DNA from: a virus
Lineage: Duplodnaviria > Caudoviricetes
Direction: 5' to 3' (one strand)
Virus record (IMG/VR): IMGVR_UViG_3300032138_000942
Span: 32,001 to 96,000 of that record
Length of the DNA stretch: 64,000 nt
How positions within the stretch are numbered: position 1 is the stretch's first letter; each line of letters starts with the position of its first letter. Below, one piece after another: positions 11,508 to 22,320 of this stretch. The notes beneath the pieces were generated by a model. That model was not told where the DNA came from, did no database searches, and saw only the letters and a program-made list of their open reading frames with translations. The position numbers were made by a program, and so were the translations under genes.

Positions 11508-14500
11508 GTTTAAAAGACTTATTTAAGCAAGGAAATATTTCAAAAATTCTTGTGGCTAAAAGTGCCGAAGAGATCGGAAAAGAAGCCGAATCCGAGAGAT
11601 ATGTGTGGTCCAGAAAAGAAGAGAGAAACCGCCTTATTCCTCAAATCGACTTCTCGGATCCAAAAAACTTTGCTAAATTTGGTTCTGCTGAAGAATATTA
11701 TGTTCAATCGATTAAGAGAATATACAGCACCTATCCATATGATGGGTCTCGTTATGAAAAGCAGGCTTGGGAAAATAGCTCTTCTTATTTAGACTTATAT
11801 GTTTTCGAGGAGCTTTATCCACGAACCACAGGGCATGCCATCTTTTCTCCCGATAATGCCGGAAACGGATGGGGAACTATTTCCAACACCATTGGACAAT
11901 ACGACCTTCCTTCAGATCAAGAATATATCTTTTTCAAAGGTGGCCCTCATCCTAACCGGAATAGTTCAAAAATTAAAGAAGCCTTCCCCAATTTAGAAAC
12001 CCGGCAGTCGGGAAATGTTGGAGCCAATTTATATGAGTTAGCCGATCACAGAGAATCCAACCTTAAAATTGGAGGAATCGACGGGAACACAGTTGAATTT
12101 TGGCTTAAAAAGCCCAATCTCTTGCCGGATATTAATGACGGAGGCTTTGAAGTTCTCTTTGATTGTTACACCACAAGCAGCGTTTCTTCCAGCACTGACT
12201 ATGCCAGACTGAGAATTGAAATTTCCGGAGCGACCACCGACGACGCTACTGTGGGGGCGACGAGTGGTTCTCCGTTTTATGTTACTTATATGTCGGGAAC
12301 TAATGGCCTCCATCGAGAGCAAATCGGAAACATCACCGCGGAAGATGTGGCTGATGAGAAATGGCACCATTACGCCCTCACATTTAAGAATACGGGAGCT
12401 TTAGGCCCTGTCGAAGATCAACTACCTCCTATTTGGCAAAATAATAGAAAAGATATTCAAGTCAACTTTTATGTAGATGGTCGCTATGATGCCGGAATCG
12501 TTACAGGTTCTAGCGTAGATTATGTAAGTGGCGCCCTGGTGGCAAACATCGGATCCCTCGTGGCAGCGCCCTCGGCCTCCGGCATGACAGACTCGGCAGT
12601 CTTTTCGGCTACCCCTGGTAATGGCACCCTTGTGGATATGGGGTTTATGAAAGGTTATGGAAAACTATCAGGATCTCTGGACGAATTCCGATTTTGGAAG
12701 GAGGGGCGAACAGCGAGAGAAGTTGGATTAAACTGGAAAAGCCCGATTGGTGCCGGAACAAACTTGGATCTGGCCAACACCCAACTCGGAGTCTATTATA
12801 AGTTCAACGAAGGAATAACCCAAACCTCAAGTGTCGACTCGACGGTTATCGACTATTCGGGCCGTGTAACAAACGGCTACTGGACAGGCTATGTGGAAGC
12901 CGCTCGTGCCACAGGTTCGGCAATTGTAGAGTCTTCAGCTTCTGCAGAAGAATTTAAAGACCCAATTTTATACTCTTTCCACCCTAAAGTGGACAGCTTA
13001 GAGTATCATAAAAAATATGAGGGACGAGCTTACGACCTTAACAACCCCGGTAGTTTCTATAGAATGTTTCCGGACTGGATTCTGTCGGAGGACTCCGAAA
13101 GCGGACAGAATTTATTAAAATTAACACAGATAATGTCGAGTTATTTCGACACCTTATATCTACAACTGAAACAACTCCCGGCCATTAAAAATGTCCAATA
13201 TTTAAGCTCTAGTGTTGGGGCAACCGGAAGTTACAAACCTCTTCCTTTTATGGATCGAGTCTTGGAATCTCAAGGTTTTGTTACAGCCGACATGTTTGCT
13301 GACGCCACAATTATAGAAAAATATCTTGATAAAGATGATCACAAACTCTTCACTGAAAAACTGTCGGATATCAAAAATCTAATTTATCAAAACATTCATA
13401 ACAACCTTGTGAACATTTACAAAACTAAAGGAACAGAAAACTCTTTTAGAAACTTTATTCGATGCTTTGGAATAGACGAAGATTTAATTCAGTTAAACAT
13501 CTACACCAATAATCAATCATATGAAATAAAACAAAATTATCGATATCGCTCTGAACGTAAAAATTATATTGACTTCGGAACTTATGGAGATCATGAAGCG
13601 GCTGTATATCAATTTAAATCAGGATCTGCTAGTTCGGGCTTTCTTTCGGCTTCCAAGACAGCGTTTTCGGAATCGGGCATGTCTCAAACTTTTGAGTGTG
13701 AGCTTATTGCTCCGCCACCTCCAAACCCCACAGTTCAGGGAGTCTCTCTATATCCCTATATTACTTCCTCAGTTTTTGGAGTTCAGCAGGTTAATTATTC
13801 CGCGGACGGGACTGTCGATGAAGACGACACCAGTTGGGAGCTTGGTCGAACAGAAGATGATTACGCCAACTTCCAGGTATTTATAGCTCGTCCTGGAGTG
13901 GGCTCAACAACAGGCAAGTTTGTCTTAACAGGCTCAAACGCCAGCGGAATTACAGAACTCACCAGTAGCTATTATGTAGATTTGTATGATGATCGAAAAT
14001 GGAATCTCGCCGTTAGAGTTGTGCCCAAGGCTAGTCCATGGATGGACACCGTGTCGGGAAGCGAACCCCAAGGGGACGAGGATGGTCTTGGATATCGAGT
14101 AGAATTTTATGGGGTAAATTATGATGCTAATACCGTGAGGGACAGTTTTTATTTGACCGCATCTTTAGCCCCACAAGCATCATCGGCTGATACGAATGAT
14201 GCCCGAGGAGATGGCTTCTTACAAAACGGCAAACGAATGTATATCGGAGCTTTAAGGACTAACTTTACAGGAGCAGTGGTTCAACGAACAGACCTCAAAA
14301 TCTCTTCGACGAGAGCCTGGATGGGGAATATTTCCAATGAAGTTGTTAACGCCCATGCTATTGATGCTTCTAACATCGGAACTCTACGCCCTTATGAAAG
14401 CGCCTATTTGTTTGAAAACAGTGCCTCTTACGCCCTCAGCCCGGTGAGCCCGATGTCAAAAACAAACCAGGGAAGCAACCAATATGTCCCAAGTATCGCC

Positions 14501-17500
14501 ACTTTAGCTCTTAACTGGGACTTTAAAACGCTTACTGGCTCTTCAGGCGGCGGAACGTTCTCAGTATTGGACGCTTCTTCTGGATCTACGGCAGATATCG
14601 GTCGTTATGGTTGGTTAGGAAATATTCTAGAAATGCAACACCCAGGAAAGGGAAGCTTTTTCCGAAACAGTCAAACTAACGTTGTCGACACAAATTACTT
14701 AAACTCGGCCAAACAACTTGACCCTGAATCAGTTAATAGCTTGGATATGGTTGAAATATTAAGTCGAGATGACACTTATTTCACCCGAGAGACTCGGCCC
14801 ATTAACTATTATTTCATGCTTGAAAAAAGTATGTATCGAACCATTACGGAGCAGATGTTGAATTATTTCGGAACGATTAAGGATTTTAATGACTTAATCG
14901 GAAGTCCGGTTTATCGCTACAGGAAAGAGTATAAAGCGATGGAAAAACTTCGACAGCTTTTCTTTGAGAAAGTTGGGAACACACCGGATCTCGATAAGTA
15001 TATTGAGTATTATCGATGGCTTGACTCCGCAATTGGAACCATGGCTGAACAACTTTACCCAGCTTCAGCAGACCACACCCAAGGCCTCAAAACAGTTATT
15101 GAAAGCCATGTTTTAGAGAGGAACAAGTATCAGTATAAGTATCCCTCCATCGAACGAGGACGAGACTATGATAAAATCGGAGAAGGGGAGTCCCAAATCC
15201 GATTTGCCGCTGGGCAAACAATGAGAGAGACGGTGGGTAACTGGTTTACTTATGGATATCCCATAAAACTAAATCCTCTTGACCTTGCCGCGGCCCCCAA
15301 CTGGTGGAACGCCCGAGCAGAAAGAGACAAAACACCAGAAATTACTTCGGGAGTGGCCAGTGTTGATGTTCTAAGGGAAATATATAGAAAAATTATCTAT
15401 AACCCCAAGACTTTGGCTTTAGGGGCGTACAACTACAGAAGAGGGACAAAAACTAATTTAAATGATGTTTATAATCCCCCCACGGCCAAGTCCGGACCAT
15501 CCAGAGCTTATCCTCAAACTCGTCTAACTCACGGTTTCGCCAATGGGGCGAACTCATTTAGAGACAGCAGTTCAGATCTTATCAAGCCAGATCTTCAACT
15601 TGAGTCCGGCTCCGTCCCTGACCTGAGATATAATCAGTCACCAGATGTTCAACCAAGCCCCCTTCATGACGTCGATGTTAATCTTGAAAGGTTCCCTAAA
15701 ATTAAAATTGAGCCGAAAATAAATATATTAGATGAGGAGCGAGCAGAACGAAATCAAATTAAAACGATGGAAGGGCTCCCCTCTTTGTATAGTAGTAGTC
15801 TGGGCCTTCGGTTTGCCAATATTCAGCAAGATGTCTCTCATGGCGCTGAGGTCCCCCTCCAAGGTCCTTTTGTAAAAAAATATGTTGGAGGATACGAAAG
15901 TCGGAATGTGCCGATCAGCACAGCATCTCAAGGCTCCTCGGATAGAATCGAAAGATTTAGAATCTCCGCGCCCGCCAGTGATCTAGTTGCTTCAACTGCC
16001 GCTTCTTTGGCTGATATTTTAACATTAGCTGGCTTCAGCGATAATGATAAATTTACAGTTAACATACCCTCCGCCATGGGAGGCACCGGCACAGATATAA
16101 CTATCAAAATGGTGGGTGGAACCCCATCAGCCGCCACCTCGAACCAAGTAGAAATTAGCACAGCGGGAACCGTCGCCGCAATTCTTGCCCGATTTGTTAT
16201 TGCTATTGCTGGAGGCACTCCGTCGCCTTCCACCTCTGTCGCATATGGAGCGGGATCCGGCGATGTAACTAATGGTGTGGCAGGCATCACCGCCGCCCTC
16301 GGGACCAGCCCGACGCTAACTGTAACTGCAACTAATACGGGACGAGCAGGAAATGACATTATTTTCACAGATGTTGTGGGAACAATGGTCGCTGGTGGAT
16401 CCCACGGATCATCCCCGGCCTATCTGATCGGTGGCGTCGGCGGCGATGTTTATATTTACCCCCCAACCAAGACAAACGCTGGCGTTGAGAACTTACACTT
16501 GCCTCGTGCTGATATTAATCGAGGAACTCGACGACCTTACAATATTCGTAATATCCAACAATTAACAGCTTCCGCCTTACAAACATCGACGGTGCTCGGA
16601 AATTACGAAGAGAACTATCAAATTGTAATGACATCAGGTCGAAGCATCAACGACCCATGGTTTGCTAAAAACTCCGGCAGCATCGGAAGCACCACTCCTG
16701 AGATGCCATTTTTAACTGGAACATTGAATTATGAAATTCCAGTGAGAACAGTTGTTAAATCAATTATAGTGGAGCGCTTTTCTAGTCCGGGAGGGTTTGA
16801 AGTTCAATCACTTGGCTATCTCGACCCTCAAGCTGAAGAAAAATCTGTCTACAACGCGTTACCCTTCAAGAATCGAATGGTTCTAAACGGATCAGGCAGT
16901 TCAGATTGGACAACCACAGAAGACAACGACAGAACTCATTTAGGAATTTATACAAACATTCATTCCGCTTCCGGCGATGGTTATAATCTACTCTCTAGTC
17001 GCCATTGTGGCAAATTCGGAATTGATAGTGTTTATGGAACGATCCGAGCCAATGACTATGACACCGTTCCATCATATCAGAACGTTCCTCGAAACACCTT
17101 ACACACTCTTAAATATAGTAATACGGCCTTCAGTGACGCTCTTGTGGAGTACAACTCTCTAAACTACATCACCGCCTCAGTTTATAATAACCTCTTTTAT
17201 AATGCCCCCATTCCCCAAAGTGAGCTTCAATATGCTTGGATCAGCGCATCATTAGAAAGCGCTTCTATTCACCCGTTGGTGGGCTATACATCAAATGGTC
17301 GAGTGTTTAACGGGCTAGTATCGGGATCCAATGGGTTTGAAGATCCCATTCACTTTTATAAAGGAGAGGAAGCCTCAGCTTATTACGGCGGATATCCCTC
17401 CGATTTGGTCGGCCTTAATACTTTAGTGGTCGACACTATTTTAACAGCAAGTAATCTTATCTCAGCATCGACGACCACAGATTATAGAAACACCGCTTTC

Positions 17501-20500
17501 GCCACTGTAACTGATGGGCAGCAATTCATGGTTTTGATGAATCATAGAAACGCGGGCCTACAGGCCCCGAGTTGGAAGTTAACTTTTAAATCTTCTAATC
17601 CGTTGGTGAGAAAACAACGAGAGAATAACTTAATTAATATTCTCGAATATAAAACACTTCCCAAGCCTTATAAAGGGGACACAACGACTAATCTGAATTT
17701 AGATAACTTAAATCAAATACCACAGACAAGAGTCGTGAGACAATACATCGTGCCAGCCCCGACAAGCAAGTTTAAGCCACTAACGTTGACTCTTGTGAAT
17801 AAAGATGGCACAGGCCCCGAGATGACCGTAAAGACTACTTATTCCAATAATTTTGATTTTATGACCACCCCAGAAATCGATTTGAAACTTGGCCTGAGTC
17901 AAACTAATCAGCAGGAGTTTGACACAATCAAAAATTCAGGCGATCTTTCAATTTGTAAATTGATTTATCCGGAGACGATTTATCCTAAAGAGCAATACAC
18001 TTATTTGGCAAAGGTTCGTGGAAGAATTTCTTACTTCGAGTCCAGCGCAAGTGTTGACTTTAATCGGCAATTGGGGACACAAAGAACCTTCTGGAGAGAT
18101 ACTCCTAAAAACAGAAGACGAAGCAGCGACCATCAAGCTGTAAATTCACAAGGAATTCTTCTTTATCAAGGAGTTGGTTCGGCTTCTGTGGACGCGGGAT
18201 CAGGAGAGCTTTATAATCAATTCCGAGAATATTCGTGTGCCCTGTCTGTTTGGCCTCTTGATGCCGGCTATTTAAGTAACTCTTACGGTGAAGAATTTGC
18301 CAACTATTGGTATGACCCCGCGGGAGGAGACACTCTTGCCCTAGAGCCCCCTCAAGGGGCCTGGTACGACCAGCCTAACGGTGAACTTCTGACGCCCACA
18401 ATCAACCAGCTTTTGGCAGCAGTTTCACAAGAAGAGTTCCCAAGCGTGGATGATGACTATGATTGGAGAGGCCCCGTAACGGCGTCCCAGCAGCTTCTCT
18501 ATCCTAATAAATGGACGTCCAATCTCTCCGAGTCTGACGGAACTGTGGGAAGTAATCGTGGATATGACCAACGATATTTAACTTATAACTTTTATCGAGC
18601 AGACTCTCAATCCGGCAATCGTCCCTGGCTAGATTCATATGATGAATACGCTTCGGACATTAGAGTTATGGCTCAAGGCCACACTGTTCTGCCCGAGTTT
18701 AGAATTTCCGAACATATGGAATATTATATTGACAACGGGTTTGACTTCAATAATAAGTTTTTAACTTTGGCAGGAGCAAATATATCGGCCAGCGCCAATA
18801 CTGCCACTTCTAGTTATAATGAAGACTTCTTTAAGATATACTCTCATTCTGACTTCATGAAACACTTTGCCGCCCTGGATACTGCCGACAACAAGCTTTC
18901 GAGAATGACACTTAAATGCCACGGAATTAAAAAATTGCTTCCATATAATGGATTTTATCCAGCCCTTCGAACCACTCAATTAGGGAGTATGTTCTCTCAG
19001 TCATTTGGTCCATATATTTCAGGCTCCACGGCGGCTCAAACCGGCTCTTACGATGGGGAACGTATGAAGTCTATTCTTCAGCCTTTCTTCGCTCCTGGGA
19101 TCATGTACAACACAATTAAATCAGGTATCGCTGTTGACTTTCCCGTTTATACTGGCTCGATAGGGGGCGGAAGCTCATTCCTGGGCCGGTTCAGAAGACT
19201 GAGTGTGGCAGAGGGGTCTTTTTATAATTATAGAATGCCGTTTGAAGCCATTGTTGAACCCCAAAGATATCTCCCAGTCGACAACCCAACGGATTCCACC
19301 TCCGCTGCCATTTCCTTTCTTTATAATTGGACCGGCAGCACAGGCGTGAATCCCCCTATTTTTCCAGAACAAATATATGGGTCATGGACAGGAGAGTCGG
19401 ACTATAATTATAATTTGGCGATGAACAACTTCTTGGCGGAAGTTCCCAAGTTTTTCTTGAAAGACGGGAGCTTCACAACTTTTACATCAAAACCAGAAAA
19501 TCAATTTAAAACAATGAAGTCTGGGTCGACTTATTATATGGATGTCGTATTGGCTAAAACCTCTAAAATGATAATGGCTCAAGGACTGGGCAATGTTCCC
19601 CTTTTAGAGGTTACAGCGAGCGACGACAGCAGCAAAGGCCTTGTGGGTAATGATTTCCATGGACAGATCTTTGGACCAGCGTGTGAATACTTTAGAACAT
19701 CTGATGATATTCCTCATCCGAATTATGCTTCTGGCCAAGGTGCATATTATGCCGACACCATTTGTCAGGCAGATCCAGGGTTCGCCCCTCATACTCCCCC
19801 TTATTTTTACGGAGACGCCATAGCCAGAGTTTCTTTCACGCCAGAAAATCATGTGGTTCTTTTGGAAGGGGAAAGTAAATTCTTTACTTTAGATGAGATA
19901 TTAGCAGGTTGTAAAATCGACACCATTTACACATCGAGTTACACAGAGAATACCAATTGGCTACAGTTTGCTGTAAACAACTCTTATCCCGCTGGCTTAT
20001 CACAAATGAGATTATCCTCCTCAGTTAACCTTTTTGGAAAAAGCAGTATTAAAAAGGTAACCTATCAAGCTAATGCTCAAGAAGAGGGCAAGTTTGTGGC
20101 AGACACTGCCGAGGATCCCTCCGATTCGTCTTTTGATTTGTGGACCATTAGTCCTAAATTCGAATGTCCAGTTATAAATGTCTCATCGTCCACAGCTTCG
20201 GGCTCAGCCTACTCAACGTTGAAAGAAGCCTCCTTTGGTTATCAAACTGGCGATAGTGACGATCTATCAAACAAGCAAGGTCAATTTGGAGACATCACCT
20301 CAGTTAAATCTGTGTGGGGCCAGTATGGCACCCCCCCAAGTTCGTCCGAGGGAATTTTCCTCAAGCTCAAAGAAAGCTATCCAGACGTCTTAGAGGATCC
20401 GTCTTCAGGAGCACAGACCACGGGCTCGCTCATTGACATCTGTGGATTTCAACAGAGCACGAAAAGAGTTGGAGAGCTATCAGCAGAAAAAACAATTTCT

Positions 20501-21259
20501 GAAGCTGTTGTGGCAGTTCCTTTCGTTCAAAAAGCCGGGAAAAGAAAGTTCTTCCCTGTGTTAAAAACTCAGGTTAAATATGTTTTGGGAACGGCCACGA
20601 AGGGGGAAACCACGAAATTAACCAATAACGGGAAACTGCCGGGAGAGTCTATTACAACGATGGTGACGGCTTTACAAAAATATGTGCTCCCTCCTCATCT
20701 AGATTTCATCAATAACAAATCAGTTCAACCTTATGTTGCTTATGTTTTCGAGTTCGAACACAAACTAGACAGAAATGATTTATCGGACATTTGGCAAAAT
20801 CTCATGCCACAGATTGCCAAGACGGCTCAAGAGCAGACTGTTACTCTTTCTCACTCAATGGACAAGAACGAATTCTTCGCTGGATGCTCCATCCCACCAG
20901 AAACTCAATGGATGATCTTTAAGGTCAAGAGGCGAGCTTCATTTAATTATTTTGCGGCGACAGCGGATTCCACAGACGATGATCGATTTGCTTTCCAGTT
21001 CGAGGTTGGCGGAGAGAAGAAGGTTCCAGATTATAGTTATAACTGGCCTTATGATTATTTCTCTCTCGTTGAATTGGCAAAGATTGACGCCGAAGCTGAG
21101 TTTGACTTTCCTCATTGTAAGCCCCCTCCTGGAACACCACCCCCACCATCAGCAGAAGCAGGGGGAGATTCCCAAGATAACGGCACCAGTCCACCACCGC
21201 CCCCAGATCCACCCACTCCTCCTTCCCCCGGTAATGTTGGTGGCACCGTAGTCTATTAA
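11504..21259 (+). CDS. Giant virion protein (3251 aa) with LamG/concanavalin-A-like domain; probably baseplate/receptor-binding
   Basis: TVEFWLK…WHHYALT…FYVDG…SGSLDEFRFW…YYKFNEG is a LamG-like signature (~12070-12820); IYKTKGTENS resembles tail protein I-type motifs; Pro-rich C-terminus; ATGA coupling to the previous gene. Confidence 0.7.
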   Translation: MSLKDLFKQGNISKILVAKSAEEIGKEAESERYVWSRKEERNRLIPQIDFSDPKNFAKFGSAEEYYVQSIKRIYSTYPYDGSRYEKQAWENSSSYLDLYVFEELYPRTTGHAIFSPDNAGNGWGTISNTIGQYDLPSDQEYIFFKGGPHPNRNSSKIKEAFPNLETRQSGNVGANLYELADHRESNLKIGGIDGNTVEFWLKKPNLLPDINDGGFEVLFDCYTTSSVSSSTDYARLRIEISGATTDDATVGATSGSPFYVTYMSGTNGLHREQIGNITAEDVADEKWHHYALTFKNTGALGPVEDQLPPIWQNNRKDIQVNFYVDGRYDAGIVTGSSVDYVSGALVANIGSLVAAPSASGMTDSAVFSATPGNGTLVDMGFMKGYGKLSGSLDEFRFWKEGRTAREVGLNWKSPIGAGTNLDLANTQLGVYYKFNEGITQTSSVDSTVIDYSGRVTNGYWTGYVEAARATGSAIVESSASAEEFKDPILYSFHPKVDSLEYHKKYEGRAYDLNNPGSFYRMFPDWILSEDSESGQNLLKLTQIMSSYFDTLYLQLKQLPAIKNVQYLSSSVGATGSYKPLPFMDRVLESQGFVTADMFADATIIEKYLDKDDHKLFTEKLSDIKNLIYQNIHNNLVNIYKTKGTENSFRNFIRCFGIDEDLIQLNIYTNNQSYEIKQNYRYRSERKNYIDFGTYGDHEAAVYQFKSGSASSGFLSASKTAFSESGMSQTFECELIAPPPPNPTVQGVSLYPYITSSVFGVQQVNYSADGTVDEDDTSWELGRTEDDYANFQVFIARPGVGSTTGKFVLTGSNASGITELTSSYYVDLYDDRKWNLAVRVVPKASPWMDTVSGSEPQGDEDGLGYRVEFYGVNYDANTVRDSFYLTASLAPQASSADTNDARGDGFLQNGKRMYIGALRTNFTGAVVQRTDLKISSTRAWMGNISNEVVNAHAIDASNIGTLRPYESAYLFENSASYALSPVSPMSKTNQGSNQYVPSIATLALNWDFKTLTGSSGGGTFSVLDASSGSTADIGRYGWLGNILEMQHPGKGSFFRNSQTNVVDTNYLNSAKQLDPESVNSLDMVEILSRDDTYFTRETRPINYYFMLEKSMYRTITEQMLNYFGTIKDFNDLIGSPVYRYRKEYKAMEKLRQLFFEKVGNTPDLDKYIEYYRWLDSAIGTMAEQLYPASADHTQGLKTVIESHVLERNKYQYKYPSIERGRDYDKIGEGESQIRFAAGQTMRETVGNWFTYGYPIKLNPLDLAAAPNWWNARAERDKTPEITSGVASVDVLREIYRKIIYNPKTLALGAYNYRRGTKTNLNDVYNPPTAKSGPSRAYPQTRLTHGFANGANSFRDSSSDLIKPDLQLESGSVPDLRYNQSPDVQPSPLHDVDVNLERFPKIKIEPKINILDEERAERNQIKTMEGLPSLYSSSLGLRFANIQQDVSHGAEVPLQGPFVKKYVGGYESRNVPISTASQGSSDRIERFRISAPASDLVASTAASLADILTLAGFSDNDKFTVNIPSAMGGTGTDITIKMVGGTPSAATSNQVEISTAGTVAAILARFVIAIAGGTPSPSTSVAYGAGSGDVTNGVAGITAALGTSPTLTVTATNTGRAGNDIIFTDVVGTMVAGGSHGSSPAYLIGGVGGDVYIYPPTKTNAGVENLHLPRADINRGTRRPYNIRNIQQLTASALQTSTVLGNYEENYQIVMTSGRSINDPWFAKNSGSIGSTTPEMPFLTGTLNYEIPVRTVVKSIIVERFSSPGGFEVQSLGYLDPQAEEKSVYNALPFKNRMVLNGSGSSDWTTTEDNDRTHLGIYTNIHSASGDGYNLLSSRHCGKFGIDSVYGTIRANDYDTVPSYQNVPRNTLHTLKYSNTAFSDALVEYNSLNYITASVYNNLFYNAPIPQSELQYAWISASLESASIHPLVGYTSNGRVFNGLVSGSNGFEDPIHFYKGEEASAYYGGYPSDLVGLNTLVVDTILTASNLISASTTTDYRNTAFATVTDGQQFMVLMNHRNAGLQAPSWKLTFKSSNPLVRKQRENNLINILEYKTLPKPYKGDTTTNLNLDNLNQIPQTRVVRQYIVPAPTSKFKPLTLTLVNKDGTGPEMTVKTTYSNNFDFMTTPEIDLKLGLSQTNQQEFDTIKNSGDLSICKLIYPETIYPKEQYTYLAKVRGRISYFESSASVDFNRQLGTQRTFWRDTPKNRRRSSDHQAVNSQGILLYQGVGSASVDAGSGELYNQFREYSCALSVWPLDAGYLSNSYGEEFANYWYDPAGGDTLALEPPQGAWYDQPNGELLTPTINQLLAAVSQEEFPSVDDDYDWRGPVTASQQLLYPNKWTSNLSESDGTVGSNRGYDQRYLTYNFYRADSQSGNRPWLDSYDEYASDIRVMAQGHTVLPEFRISEHMEYYIDNGFDFNNKFLTLAGANISASANTATSSYNEDFFKIYSHSDFMKHFAALDTADNKLSRMTLKCHGIKKLLPYNGFYPALRTTQLGSMFSQSFGPYISGSTAAQTGSYDGERMKSILQPFFAPGIMYNTIKSGIAVDFPVYTGSIGGGSSFLGRFRRLSVAEGSFYNYRMPFEAIVEPQRYLPVDNPTDSTSAAISFLYNWTGSTGVNPPIFPEQIYGSWTGESDYNYNLAMNNFLAEVPKFFLKDGSFTTFTSKPENQFKTMKSGSTYYMDVVLAKTSKMIMAQGLGNVPLLEVTASDDSSKGLVGNDFHGQIFGPACEYFRTSDDIPHPNYASGQGAYYADTICQADPGFAPHTPPYFYGDAIARVSFTPENHVVLLEGESKFFTLDEILAGCKIDTIYTSSYTENTNWLQFAVNNSYPAGLSQMRLSSSVNLFGKSSIKKVTYQANAQEEGKFVADTAEDPSDSSFDLWTISPKFECPVINVSSSTASGSAYSTLKEASFGYQTGDSDDLSNKQGQFGDITSVKSVWGQYGTPPSSSEGIFLKLKESYPDVLEDPSSGAQTTGSLIDICGFQQSTKRVGELSAEKTISEAVVAVPFVQKAGKRKFFPVLKTQVKYVLGTATKGETTKLTNNGKLPGESITTMVTALQKYVLPPHLDFINNKSVQPYVAYVFEFEHKLDRNDLSDIWQNLMPQIAKTAQEQTVTLSHSMDKNEFFAGCSIPPETQWMIFKVKRRASFNYFAATADSTDDDRFAFQFEVGGEKKVPDYSYNWPYDYFSLVELAKIDAEAEFDFPHCKPPPGTPPPPSAEAGGDSQDNGTSPPPPPDPPTPPSPGNVGGTVVY

Positions 21260-21306
21260 TTTAGTTGATGTTAAAAGTTATAAAGCTGGATAATTATTGA
21301 AAGAAT

Positions 21307-22320
21307 ATGAAGTTTTTTAATCCTAAAGAAGAAGTTATTGATATACAGCTTAGCCCATATGGGAAACGTCTGCTGGCCAAAGGGGAGCTTAAGCCCGTTT
21401 ATTATGCTTTTTATGATGATGACATTCTATATGACGGAGCACTCGGTGGAATAACTGAGAATCAAAACGAGGCTCAAGAGAGGATTAAAAACAACACTCC
21501 AAGATTACAAACACAAGGTGTTCATGAAAGTATCCGTTCTACAATTGGACAGAACTTAGAAATATTAGATAATCAATATCAATATCAGACTTTCAAAGAA
21601 AGTGAACATGTTCTTGGCCTTCCATTGGGGCAGTCTTCTTTATCTGGAAATGTCGCTCCGGCTTGGAATATAAAATATTATCATAATAAACTTAACGAAT
21701 GTAACTCTTATATCACTAGCTCTGGCGGGACTTTAAGGGTCCCCCAATTGGATTCCAAGATTGAATACACCACATATATCTCTTATTTAACACCAGGTGG
21801 CGGGGCTCCCACAGAAGAAATGGCCCGACGACAACAAAATTATATAGCCAATAGTTTTCCAAGCTTAGATGAGGAGCCAGGTGAAAGTGATCCGAGCCCA
21901 CCAGGCCCTGGAATGTATCTGGAAAATTATATATTCGATGATTATTCTAAGATATTTGTTAAAGAAGACGGCATCTTTTTAGACGTTAGAGAGGCAAATA
22001 CTCAATATCTCCGAGAGAATTTTGATATTGAAGTTTATATAAGTGATATCGAAGGGGGCGAAGAAAAAAACACCAGTCAACTTTATTTTAGAGGAGACGT
22101 ATTGTCGGACCCAACTCCGGCTAATGTCGAATACTGGTTAGAAATCGCCGCCGACGGAGAAATACCAGAAGCAGCCTATTGCCAATTACAGATCCCATTA
22201 ACAAAGAAAGAAACAATGGGGGATTCAGTATATGGATGTCCTGATATAAGTGGAGATAAGGGCGGAACCACCTTGAGAAACCTCTATGCTCAGGTTGAGC
22301 CCGACGAGGAGCCCTGCTAA
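21307..22320 (+). CDS. Hypothetical virion protein with tail-collar-like N-terminal segment
   Basis: N-terminus (IDIQLSPYGKRLLAKGEL…YAFYDDDILY) parallels that of ORF 28831. Confidence 0.55.
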   Translation: MKFFNPKEEVIDIQLSPYGKRLLAKGELKPVYYAFYDDDILYDGALGGITENQNEAQERIKNNTPRLQTQGVHESIRSTIGQNLEILDNQYQYQTFKESEHVLGLPLGQSSLSGNVAPAWNIKYYHNKLNECNSYITSSGGTLRVPQLDSKIEYTTYISYLTPGGGAPTEEMARRQQNYIANSFPSLDEEPGESDPSPPGPGMYLENYIFDDYSKIFVKEDGIFLDVREANTQYLRENFDIEVYISDIEGGEEKNTSQLYFRGDVLSDPTPANVEYWLEIAADGEIPEAAYCQLQIPLTKKETMGDSVYGCPDISGDKGGTTLRNLYAQVEPDEEPC

